From Anaerolineales bacterium (GTDB lineage Bacteria > Chloroflexota > Anaerolineae > Anaerolineales > DRKV01), in assembly GCA_024763355.1 (NCBI GenBank), contig JANTFR010000001.1, forward strand, positions 6,259 to 70,258: DNA of 64,000 nucleotides. The letters run 5' to 3'. A model generated the notes under the pieces. That model did no database searches, was not told where the DNA came from, and was given only the letters and a program-made list of their open reading frames with translations. Positions 19,107 to 26,871 of this stretch are shown in pieces. A program made the translations under genes and the position numbers. The first letter of the stretch is position 1; every line of letters starts with the position of its first letter.

Positions 19107-19300
19107 TGGTTCATCGGTTGCATTGGTTGCATTGGTTGCGTTGGTTGCATTGGTTGCATTGGTCGGATTGGTCGGATTGGTCAGGTAGTCGCCTGGTCGG
19201 GTAGTCTGTCGTCCGCCGTCCGTGGTCCGTGGTCTGTCGTCCGTCGCACGCCGCACGCCGCACGGTCTACCGTCCACCGTCTACGGTCCGTTGTCCGTCG
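19096..19300 (-). repeat. Micro-repeat array filling the whole spacer from the helicase-like stop to the GT4 start (about 14 x 7-mer, then about 10 x 9-mer)
   Basis: Minus-strand reading: GACGACGGACAACGGACC GTAGACGGTGGACGGTAGACC GTGCGGC GTGCGGC GTGCGAC GGACGACAGACCACGGACCACGG... CTACCCGACC..CTACCTGACC AATCCGACC x2 AATGCAACC x5-6, with the ATG inside the last units. Heptamer phase is constant 19206-19296; 9-mer phase 19098-19187. Confidence 0.9.
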
Positions 19301-21436
19301 TCAGTTTCCTGTCTCCATCAAAATGCGCGCCAGGGCGCGGAAGAGAGGGCCGCGCTGTTCGTAGCCCTGTTCGTTGAGTTCGCTGATGCCCAGGTAGATG
19401 CCTTTGCGGCAGCGGCGTACCAGCCCCAGCGCCAGACGCGCCAGGGTCTCGCGGTTGGTGTCGGCTTCGTCGAAATCCGTCCACGGGCGGCCAAATTCCC
19501 ACCGGCGGTTGAGGATGTAGGGATGGGTGAGAGGTTGGGCGATGCGGGTGAACCACTGCATGCTGCCGATGTCCAGCCAGAATTGGTAGTCCACGGCGCG
19601 GTTTTGCATCAGGAAGGTGTACGCCGGGGAGAGGAAGACGGCATCCGCCTCCGGCGACTGCCAGCGGCCCAGGTATTGGGCGGCAATCACGCCGTCCTCC
19701 ACCATGCGGAGGTATTCCTTTCCCACCGGCACGCCTTCGGCTTCCAGCACATCCCCCACCGCCCAGCGGAATTTGCGCACAGATTCCACCAGCATGGCCG
19801 CGGTTTGGGCGGCGTCGTAATCGCTGTGGAAGCCGTACCCCGGCTGGGAGAGCACCTCCCCGAACAGGCGGCGAATGAAGTGGTCGAGGGGCTGCGGCGC
19901 GCCGTCCTGATAAACTACCAGCCATTGGCGCAGGTTTTCGTAGGCCATCCCCAGACGGTAGGTAATCCGTTCGCGGGCGGCTTCCTCCAGGTTCTCGAAA
20001 GGCGTCAGGCGGGGACCTTCCGGGCCGAGGCGGTAGACGATGTCAGTCAGGAGGCGGGCGCGCACCAGGTCCATCGCCTCGATGGACTGCATGAGAGCGG
20101 CGCTGAAGTCGAAGGCGGCGGGATAGATGCCCCAATCGGGGTGCGCCAGGGCAGCCAGGGTCAGGAGGGAGCGGGTGGCGGGTTCTTCCCGCAGGGCGCG
20201 GGAGGGGCGGTGAGAGCGCGTCGGGAGGCCGGCATCTTCCAGGCGCGTCGTCAGGGCAAAGCGCAGCGAATCGATCAGGAAGGGGGCCAGGACGACAATC
20301 TCCCCGGGGGGGACTCCATCATCCACCAGGGCGGCGATTTGCTCCGTGACCCAGTCGAGCATCTGGGGGTAGTAGCGCAAATCGGGGGGGTAGGCAAGGT
20401 AACGGGAGACGCTCCCCCTCCGAATGGGGGGAGGCGGTTCTTTGGGGTCTGCATCCCCCTCCGAGGGGGGGCGGAGGCGCACCCAATGGGCGAGATGTTC
20501 CCCCAAATCGAGCAATTCACCGGGGGTAACGTGCGATTCCGAAAAGCGCACCGTTTCCCCGCACAGTTCCGCCAGGGGGAGCATACTTTGGGGGTCGGCA
20601 CCCAGGAAACGGCGGTATCCGGCTTCTTCGTCGAAAATCAGGAGGGCGCTCTCGAAATCGGGCAGCCATTCGGAGAGCAGGTCGGCCACGAGAGGCGGGT
20701 TTTCTTCCAGGTTGTCGGCAATCAGGTGGCGGTAGGTGTCCTGAAGGTACTCGCGGCACAGGGGCGTATCCCACAGGTGGCGGCGAAAGACCTCCAGTTG
20801 GAGGGAGAAGTCGAGCAGGTTGTGCTCCAGGCAAAAGCGGCGGAAGTCGTCTATGCAGGTTTGCGTCTCGTCGAAGATGTGGGCGTGACCGCTTTCCACG
20901 GGCCAGGAGGCTTTGAGGCGCCGGGAGACCTCGGCGAGGGGATAGGCGTTGAAGGCGGCTTTGTTGAGGTTATCGACCAACTGGCTATAGAGGCGATTGC
21001 GGCTGATGGTCAGGCCGGTGAACATCCCCTCCTGCAGACGCGGACGGACGAGATGCGCCATGTAGTACTGGGCGGTCTCCAGGGTGAGGAAGACGGGGGG
21101 CAGGTCGGGGCGGGCGAAGCCGGCCTCCTCGGCCACCAGGGGCCAGAAGAGTTCCGTCATGCGGCGCGCCAGGCCGCCGATGGTGAGCAAATCGGGGGCA
21201 GTGCCGTTGATGACGCCGGGGGTTTGCAGCGCCAGGGTGTACGGCTCTCCCAGGGTGCGTTGCGGAACGAGGATGAGAATTTGTCCGCCGGGGATGCCCT
21301 GCGCCATGAGGTGCAGCATCCGCTCCACGCCGACGGTGGTTTTTCCGCTCCCCGCCGGCCCGCGCAGGAAGACGGCGCCGCGAGGCGGGGCTTCGATAAG
21401 GGTGCGCTGGGAGGGGGTGAGGGGGAAAGTGGGCAA
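19301..21436 (-). CDS. UvrD/Rep-like superfamily-1 helicase-related P-loop protein
   Basis: LTPSQRTLIEAPPRGAVFLRGPAGSGKTTVGVERMLHL (Walker A) and ILILVPQRT. The start is uncertain: no ATG/GTG after the repeat array, so I chose the in-frame TTG at 21436. The longer track ORF (to 21838) runs through the 8-mer array and overlaps the acd gene start. Confidence 0.6.
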   Translation of the reverse strand: MPTFPLTPSQRTLIEAPPRGAVFLRGPAGSGKTTVGVERMLHLMAQGIPGGQILILVPQRTLGEPYTLALQTPGVINGTAPDLLTIGGLARRMTELFWPLVAEEAGFARPDLPPVFLTLETAQYYMAHLVRPRLQEGMFTGLTISRNRLYSQLVDNLNKAAFNAYPLAEVSRRLKASWPVESGHAHIFDETQTCIDDFRRFCLEHNLLDFSLQLEVFRRHLWDTPLCREYLQDTYRHLIADNLEENPPLVADLLSEWLPDFESALLIFDEEAGYRRFLGADPQSMLPLAELCGETVRFSESHVTPGELLDLGEHLAHWVRLRPPSEGDADPKEPPPPIRRGSVSRYLAYPPDLRYYPQMLDWVTEQIAALVDDGVPPGEIVVLAPFLIDSLRFALTTRLEDAGLPTRSHRPSRALREEPATRSLLTLAALAHPDWGIYPAAFDFSAALMQSIEAMDLVRARLLTDIVYRLGPEGPRLTPFENLEEAARERITYRLGMAYENLRQWLVVYQDGAPQPLDHFIRRLFGEVLSQPGYGFHSDYDAAQTAAMLVESVRKFRWAVGDVLEAEGVPVGKEYLRMVEDGVIAAQYLGRWQSPEADAVFLSPAYTFLMQNRAVDYQFWLDIGSMQWFTRIAQPLTHPYILNRRWEFGRPWTDFDEADTNRETLARLALGLVRRCRKGIYLGISELNEQGYEQRGPLFRALARILMETGN

Positions 21437-21470
21437 GGGGGAAGTTGGGAGGGAGTGAAGTGGAAGCGGA
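21403..21470 (-). repeat. Pyrimidine-rich CCACTT-family leader repeats at the helicase-like gene start
   Basis: Minus strand: CCGCTTCCACTTCACTCCCTCCCAACTTCCCCCTTGCCCACTTTCCCCCTCACCCCC. Shares CCCACTT(T/G)C cores with 30846-30905 and 46274-46321. Confidence 0.7.
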
Positions 21471-21499
21471 TGACGGGCGTAGACGGAGGACGACAGACC

Positions 21500-21587
21500 G
21501 ATGAACCGATGAACCGATGAACCGATGAACCGATGAACCGATGAACCGATGAACCGATGAACCGATGAACCGATGAACCGATGAACC
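21500..21587 (+). repeat. Perfect tandem array, 11 x GATGAACC
   Basis: 88 nt with no mismatch, preceded by GATGACGGGCGTAGACGGAGGACGACAGACC. Lies in the divergent spacer upstream of the acd promoter. Confidence 0.95.
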
Positions 21588-21645
21588 AATTGTAACCCAA
21601 ACCAAAGGGGGAAGAATGACACTTTCCACAGGCAGGCCTCGCGGC

Positions 21646-21651
21646 TATAAT
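21646..21651 (+). promoter_or_regulatory. Candidate -10 box (TATAAT) for the acyl-CoA dehydrogenase gene
   Basis: GGCTATAATGG 38 nt upstream of ATG 21690, followed by SD GAAGGAGAA. The -35 is poor (TTCCAC). Confidence 0.45.
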
Positions 21652-21689
21652 GGCGCACAAGGTCTATCGTTTGACGAAGGAGAACATTC

Positions 21690-22904
21690 ATGGATTTCAA
21701 CCTGTCCGAAGAGCATCGCATGGTGCAAAAAATGGTACACGACTTCGCCCAACGGGAAGTCGCTCCCATCATCAAAGAGTGGGACCGCAAACAGGATATG
21801 GCCCCCTTCATCCTGCCGCGCATGGGGGAACTGGGCATCCTGGGGATTTGTATTCCGGTCCGCTACGGAGGCGCGGGGATGGATTACGTCTCCCTGGGGC
21901 TGGCCTGCGAGGAACTGGAAGCGGTGGACACCACCCTGCGGGTGGTCATGTCCGTCCACACGGGGCTGTGCAGCATGACTCTGCTGCAATGGGGCAGCGA
22001 GGAGCAGAAGCAAAAATTCCTCGTGCCGCTGGCAAAAGGCGAAAAAATCGGCTGCGGGGCTTTCACCGAACCGGGAGCAGGCTCCGATTTCGCCCACATT
22101 CGCGGCAGCGCCCGCCGCGAAGGGGATTACTACATCCTGAACGGCGAGAAAATGTGGATTTCGCTGGCGAACAAGGCCGATTACGCCATGGTGACAATGC
22201 GTACCAATCCCAATGCAGAGAAAGCCAGCCGCGGCCTGACCTCCTTCATCGTGGATTTGCACAGTCCCGGCGTGACCCGCGGCGACATCCACGGGAAACT
22301 GGGGGTGCGCGCCGGCTCAACGGGCTGGATTCACTTCCAGGATGTGCGCGTCCCCGCGGAAAATCGCATTGGCGAGGAGGGCGAGGGCTTCAAAATCACG
22401 ATGTCGGCTTTCGACAACGGGCGTTACACCGTAGCCGCCGGCGCCACCGGCCTCATTCGTGCCGCGCTGGAGGAAAGCGTCAAATACGCCCGCGAGCGGC
22501 AGGCCTTCGGCAGCCCTATTGCCCAGCACCAACTCATCCAGGCAAAAATCGCCCGCATGGCAGTGGATTACGAGGCAGCGCGCCTGCTCTACCTGCAAGC
22601 CGGCTGGATGAAAAACGCGGGCAGCCGCAACACGCGGCAAACCTCGGCGGCCAAGTGGTTCGCCACGGATGCGTCCTTCGAGGCGGCCAGCGAGGCGGTG
22701 CAAATTCACGGGGGTTACGGCTTCAGCGACGAATACAACGTGGAACGCTACCTGCGGAATTCCAAAGGCGCGGTAATTTACGAGGGCAGCAACGAGATTC
22801 AGCGTCTCATCCAGGCCAGTTACGCCCTCGGATGGCGCACCGACAAACCCCTGCGCCGCGAACTTCCGCCTTACGACCCCGATTTCTGGCAGGAAGAAGC
22901 CTGA
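21690..22904 (+). CDS. Acyl-CoA dehydrogenase
   Basis: 404 aa: [53 protein letters not shown] (C-terminal catalytic Glu region). Followed by etfBA. Confidence 0.9.
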   Translation: MDFNLSEEHRMVQKMVHDFAQREVAPIIKEWDRKQDMAPFILPRMGELGILGICIPVRYGGAGMDYVSLGLACEELEAVDTTLRVVMSVHTGLCSMTLLQWGSEEQKQKFLVPLAKGEKIGCGAFTEPGAGSDFAHIRGSARREGDYYILNGEKMWISLANKADYAMVTMRTNPNAEKASRGLTSFIVDLHSPGVTRGDIHGKLGVRAGSTGWIHFQDVRVPAENRIGEEGEGFKITMSAFDNGRYTVAAGATGLIRAALEESVKYARERQAFGSPIAQHQLIQAKIARMAVDYEAARLLYLQAGWMKNAGSRNTRQTSAAKWFATDASFEAASEAVQIHGGYGFSDEYNVERYLRNSKGAVIYEGSNEIQRLIQASYALGWRTDKPLRRELPPYDPDFWQEEA

Positions 22905-22920
22905 GAGCGTGGTAAAATTC

Positions 22921-22976
22921 AGTATCCGCCCGACCGGTCGGTAGGGACACCTACCCGCAGAGCGGATACTTTTTTA
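22921..22976 (+). terminator. Rho-independent terminator after acd (branched stem + T6)
   Basis: AGTATCCGC ... GCGGATACT TTTTTT, with internal palindromes CCGACCGGTCGG and GGTAGG-gaca-CCTACC. Confidence 0.7.
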
Positions 22977-23104
22977 GTCCTGTGTGGAAACGGTACCACG
23001 TCTCTATGTGAAGAAATCATGGACGAAAGAACGCAGATTTCCGTAGATTCCTTTTTCCGTCCATCTGTGTCCATCCGTGTCAAGGAGTTCAAGGAGGTGC
23101 CATT

Positions 23105-23872
23105 TTGAACATTGTCGTATGTGTCAAACAAGTGCCCGATACCGCCGCGCAGGTCGTGGTGGAAAACGGGCAGGTGACCTGGGGCGACGCGCCCCTCGTC
23201 ATCAACCCGTGGGATGAGTTCGCCGTAGAGGCCGCCCTGCAACTGGCAAAGGAACACGGCGGCAGCGTGACGGTGCTCACCATGGGAGACGAAAGCGCCA
23301 AAGAGGCCATCAAGCATGCCCTGGCTATGGGCTGCAAACAGGCCGTGCGCATCGAAGGCCCCGCCGACGCCGATACGCTGGTCACGGCGCAAGTGCTGGC
23401 CGCCGCCATCCAGAAAATCGGCGATGTGGACCTGGTCACTTTCGGGCGGCAGGCCATCGACGGCGATAACGGCGTCACCCCCGCCATGGTCGGACGTTTC
23501 CTGGGCTGGCCGGTCTTCAGTTTGAGCGCCACCATCCCCGAAATCGCCGACGGAGTCGTCACCGTGCAGCGCGCCACGGAGGAAGGCCGTCAGGTGGTGG
23601 AGGGCAAGTTGCCCGCCATCTTCAGTTTCGGGAAGGACATCGGCGAACCGCGCTATCCCTCCTTCATGGGCATCCGCAAGGCATCGCGGGCCAAAGTCCC
23701 CGTGTGGACGCTGGACGACCTGGGATTGAGCGCCCTGCTACCGGCGGTCTCCTGGCCTGAGGTGATGAATCCGCCCAAGCGGGAAATCACCACCGAAATC
23801 ATCGAGGGCGACAGCCCGGCAGATATCGCCGAAAAACTGGCCGACAAGATTATGGCGGAGAAGGTGCTGTGA
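23105..23872 (+). CDS. etfB: Electron transfer flavoprotein beta subunit
   Basis: MNIVVCVKQVPDTAAQV..., the classic EtfB N-terminus. TTG start with SD AAGGAGG. 4-nt overlap with etfA. Confidence 0.9.
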   Translation: MNIVVCVKQVPDTAAQVVVENGQVTWGDAPLVINPWDEFAVEAALQLAKEHGGSVTVLTMGDESAKEAIKHALAMGCKQAVRIEGPADADTLVTAQVLAAAIQKIGDVDLVTFGRQAIDGDNGVTPAMVGRFLGWPVFSLSATIPEIADGVVTVQRATEEGRQVVEGKLPAIFSFGKDIGEPRYPSFMGIRKASRAKVPVWTLDDLGLSALLPAVSWPEVMNPPKREITTEIIEGDSPADIAEKLADKIMAEKVL

Positions 23873-24918
23873 TGAGCGAGAAAATCTGGGTTTACGTTGA
23901 CCAATTCAAAGGCGAGGCCCTGCCGGCCTCCTGGGAAGCCGTCCATGCTGCCCGCGCTCTGGCGGAAAACCTGGGCGGCGGCGTTACCGCCCTGGTCTTC
24001 GGGCAGGGCGTGGAATCCCTGGCGCAAACCGCTATCCACTACGGAGCGGATGAGATTCTCCTGGCCGACGACTCCACGCTGGCCGACTACCGCGGGGAAG
24101 CCTACGCGGCTACTCTGGCGAAACTCGCTTCCGAGGGCAAGCCGCAGGCCATCCTCTTCCCCACCACGACTCGCGGGCGCGAACTGGCCGCCATGACGGC
24201 TGCCGACCTGAAGGTGGGCGTGATGCCCGATGTGACCGCCCTGGAAGTGCAGGATGGACGGATTGTCGCCACCCGTCCCGTCTACGCCGGCAAGTTGCTG
24301 GCAAAGGTCGTCTCCCGCACCGACCCGCAAATCTTCACCCTGCGCGTGCGCGCCTTCGGCAAGCCTGCCCTGGATGAAAGCCGCACGGGAACGGTCACAT
24401 CTGTGGAAGCGGTGCTCTCTGAGGAGGAGATTCCCACCCGCGTGGTGAATTACCTGCAATCCGAGGGCGGCGTCAGCCTGACAGACGCCAGCGTGATTGT
24501 CTCCGGCGGACGCGGCACCTCCAACAATCCATCCCTGACCCCGCCGCCGGACATCACCGACGAGAAAGAACAGGAAATTTGGCGCGCCCAACAGGGCTTC
24601 AAGTTGATTGGCGAACTGGCCGATACGCTGGGCGGAGCCGTAGGCGCCAGCCGCGCCGCGGTGGATGCCGGATACATCCCCTACAGCCACCAGGTAGGGC
24701 AAACCGGCAAGGTCGTCTCCCCCGACCTGTACATCGCCTGCGGCATCTCCGGCGCTATCCAGCACCTGGCGGGAATGCGCACCAGCAAGGTGATTGTCGC
24801 CATCAACAAAGACCCCGAAGCCCCCATCTTCAAGGTGGCCCGCTTTGGTGTGGTCGGCGACCTGTACGACATCGTCCCCGCCCTGAACGAGGCCATGAAG
24901 AAACGACTGGGCAAATAG
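23869..24918 (+). CDS. etfA: Electron transfer flavoprotein alpha subunit
   Basis: C-terminal FAD-binding region VSGGRG...[19 protein letters not shown]...[14 protein letters not shown]. Confidence 0.9.
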   Translation: MMSEKIWVYVDQFKGEALPASWEAVHAARALAENLGGGVTALVFGQGVESLAQTAIHYGADEILLADDSTLADYRGEAYAATLAKLASEGKPQAILFPTTTRGRELAAMTAADLKVGVMPDVTALEVQDGRIVATRPVYAGKLLAKVVSRTDPQIFTLRVRAFGKPALDESRTGTVTSVEAVLSEEEIPTRVVNYLQSEGGVSLTDASVIVSGGRGTSNNPSLTPPPDITDEKEQEIWRAQQGFKLIGELADTLGGAVGASRAAVDAGYIPYSHQVGQTGKVVSPDLYIACGISGAIQHLAGMRTSKVIVAINKDPEAPIFKVARFGVVGDLYDIVPALNEAMKKRLGK

Positions 24919-24953
24919 CAGTTTGTCCGAGGGAATCTTCAAGTGCATTGAAA

Positions 24954-24993
24954 ACACAGGTACAAGCCGTTGGCTTGTACCTGTGTCATTTTT
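24954..24993 (+). terminator. Rho-independent terminator after etfA
   Basis: ACACAGGTACAAGCC-gtt-GGCTTGTACCTGTGT followed by CATTTTT. Confidence 0.85.
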
Positions 24994-25214
24994 GGGGTCT
25001 CTGAGATTTTGCAAGGTAACGGGAAGATGTGGGGATGACATTTTTCGTGCAAGAGGCATAATGCATGGGAAATTAGAGCCAAATCCAAACTCTGGGACCT
25101 TGCCGGAAAGGACAATAGAGTACAATACGTAAAGAAGAACGCCTGCTTCCTGATGAGAAATCTCACCTGGAAGAACGAAAGCGCTGGAGAAACAGCACCA
25201 CTAAGGGAACCCGC

Positions 25215-26858
25215 ATGGACGACAAGGAAAACATCTGGGTTGTCGAACACGACCCGGAAATCACCGCAGTACTTCGGAGTGCCTTGCAAGCCACCGGACA
25301 TACTGTTCGCGTTGTACCGGATTCTGGCAGCGCGTTGTCGCAGATAAGGGAGGAAATTCCAACCCTCGCCATCGTGGATTTACATTTACCGGGCTTGAGC
25401 GGCAAAGATTTATTGGCTGCCTGGCGCGCTCAGAACATCCAGATACCGGCCATAGCCATTGCACGACAGGGAGAGCAAGAAGACATCATTCAGGCATTCC
25501 GCCTGGGCGCAGCAGATTACCTGGCGTGGCCTATGCGGGAGGCCGAGGTAGTATCCGCCGTGGAACGCGTTTTGGGGCAACACAGTGTACAGCGCGAACG
25601 CGATAGCCTGCTCCAGAAGATGCAGCGTACCAATCAGGCACTCCAACAGCAGGTACGCGATTTACAGACCCTCACAGCACTCGGTAAAGCGGTCGTTTCC
25701 ACGGCAGACCAGAAAGATTTGTTAGAGAAAATTGTCGAGGGGGCCGTATTCGTTTCCCAAGCCAACCGCGGCTGGTTCATGCTGTATAACGCCCACCAGA
25801 AGAACTTGCTATTGGCAGCCCAACACGGCTTGCCAAAAGCGCTGCTGCGCAACCTGCACCGCCCCTGGAATGACGGTATCAGCCGGAAAGCATTCCAACG
25901 CGGCAAACCGCTACACCTTTTCGGGAAAGACCTCGCCTCAAACCAGGTCCTCGCCAGCCTTGGGCAATCTGTCCTCGCCATGCCGGTATCCATCAAGGGA
26001 GACGCAGCCGGAGTCCTGGTAACCGTGCGACAGAGCAAACAACCCTTCTCGAAGCATGAACAAGCCATGTTGAGTGCCGTGGCGGATTATGCATCTATCG
26101 CCCTGGTCAACGTCCGCATGATGCATGTATTGCAAGAGAGAGCACAACGTCTGGAGCACCTGGCCGAGAGCGTTCGTCTCAACGAGCAAATCAAGGCCGA
26201 GATTTTGGAAAACGTCAGCATGATATTGCGCGAACCACTCACCAGCGCCCTGGGATATGCCGAAATGCTGGCAGAGGAGCAACTGGGTGCGCTCAACACC
26301 GAACAAAGCCAGGCTGTCATAGTCATTCGCCAAAAATTACAGGTCACCAGTCAGGTGGCCGAGCATCTAACTGTCCTCAGCGAACAAGAAAAACTGGTGA
26401 ACCAGGGCGAGGCGACCTTGCAATCCGTGGTGCAGCAGGTACTGAACCGCTTGCAAAGAGTGGCGCAACAGCAAGGCATCGGCTTTGTCATCGGGTATCA
26501 TCAACGCACCGATGTTTTGCAGTTCAACCCTGCCCACCTGGAACGCGTTGTGGAATCCATGCTGGTATACGCCTTGCACATTGCTCCGCGCGGGGCACAA
26601 ATGACCATCAGCACGCTGGCCGACAAGGACGGCCGCACCTTGCTCCGCATACGCAGCAAGGCGACCGAATTGACAACCAGGCAGGTACAACGGTTGGTCA
26701 ATGCAGACACGGAAGGGTTATTGAAAAATCAAACCCGCTTTACCGGGGTAAGCATTAGTTTATCCCTGGCCAAGCAGATAGCGGCTCTCTACGGGGCGGC
26801 GTTGAGCATCACAAACAACGATAAAGAAATCACTTTCGCACTCAAATTTGCAGAATAA
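25215..26858 (+). CDS. Hybrid regulator: receiver domain + GAF + degenerate (pseudo) histidine-kinase module
   Basis: REC with LAIVDLHLPG, but the conserved Lys position reads ADYLAWP. GAF-like middle. The HisKA position reads NVSMILREPLTSALGYAEML (phospho-His replaced by Met). N, G1 and G2 boxes are not recognisable in the C-terminal domain. Confidence 0.7.
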   Translation: MDDKENIWVVEHDPEITAVLRSALQATGHTVRVVPDSGSALSQIREEIPTLAIVDLHLPGLSGKDLLAAWRAQNIQIPAIAIARQGEQEDIIQAFRLGAADYLAWPMREAEVVSAVERVLGQHSVQRERDSLLQKMQRTNQALQQQVRDLQTLTALGKAVVSTADQKDLLEKIVEGAVFVSQANRGWFMLYNAHQKNLLLAAQHGLPKALLRNLHRPWNDGISRKAFQRGKPLHLFGKDLASNQVLASLGQSVLAMPVSIKGDAAGVLVTVRQSKQPFSKHEQAMLSAVADYASIALVNVRMMHVLQERAQRLEHLAESVRLNEQIKAEILENVSMILREPLTSALGYAEMLAEEQLGALNTEQSQAVIVIRQKLQVTSQVAEHLTVLSEQEKLVNQGEATLQSVVQQVLNRLQRVAQQQGIGFVIGYHQRTDVLQFNPAHLERVVESMLVYALHIAPRGAQMTISTLADKDGRTLLRIRSKATELTTRQVQRLVNADTEGLLKNQTRFTGVSISLSLAKQIAALYGAALSITNNDKEITFALKFAE

Positions 26859-26871
26859 AAAAGGGATTTGT

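Noticed and set aside
19229-21520. 763-aa plus-strand ORF antisense to the helicase-like gene. Similar long ORFs occur at 35327..37756 (+), 29161..30888 (+), 4972..6339 (+), 44596..46326 (-), 48107..49465 (-), 23653..25125 (-), 42774..43778 (-) and 62411..63874 (-).
   Set aside because: These are shadow ORFs typical of high-GC DNA. Their translations are Arg/Gly/Ala/Pro-rich with no recognisable motifs, and each is fully overlapped by an opposite-strand or other-frame gene with clear family signatures.
21437-21838. Longer helicase-like ORF running through the 11 x 8-mer array (HRFIGSSV repeats), which would make the array an intragenic phase-variation switch.
   Set aside because: The extension overlaps the acd promoter, leader and first 49 codons on the other strand and has no protein-like features. 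A start after the array is more plausible, although no ATG or GTG is available and TTG 21436 is only a best guess.
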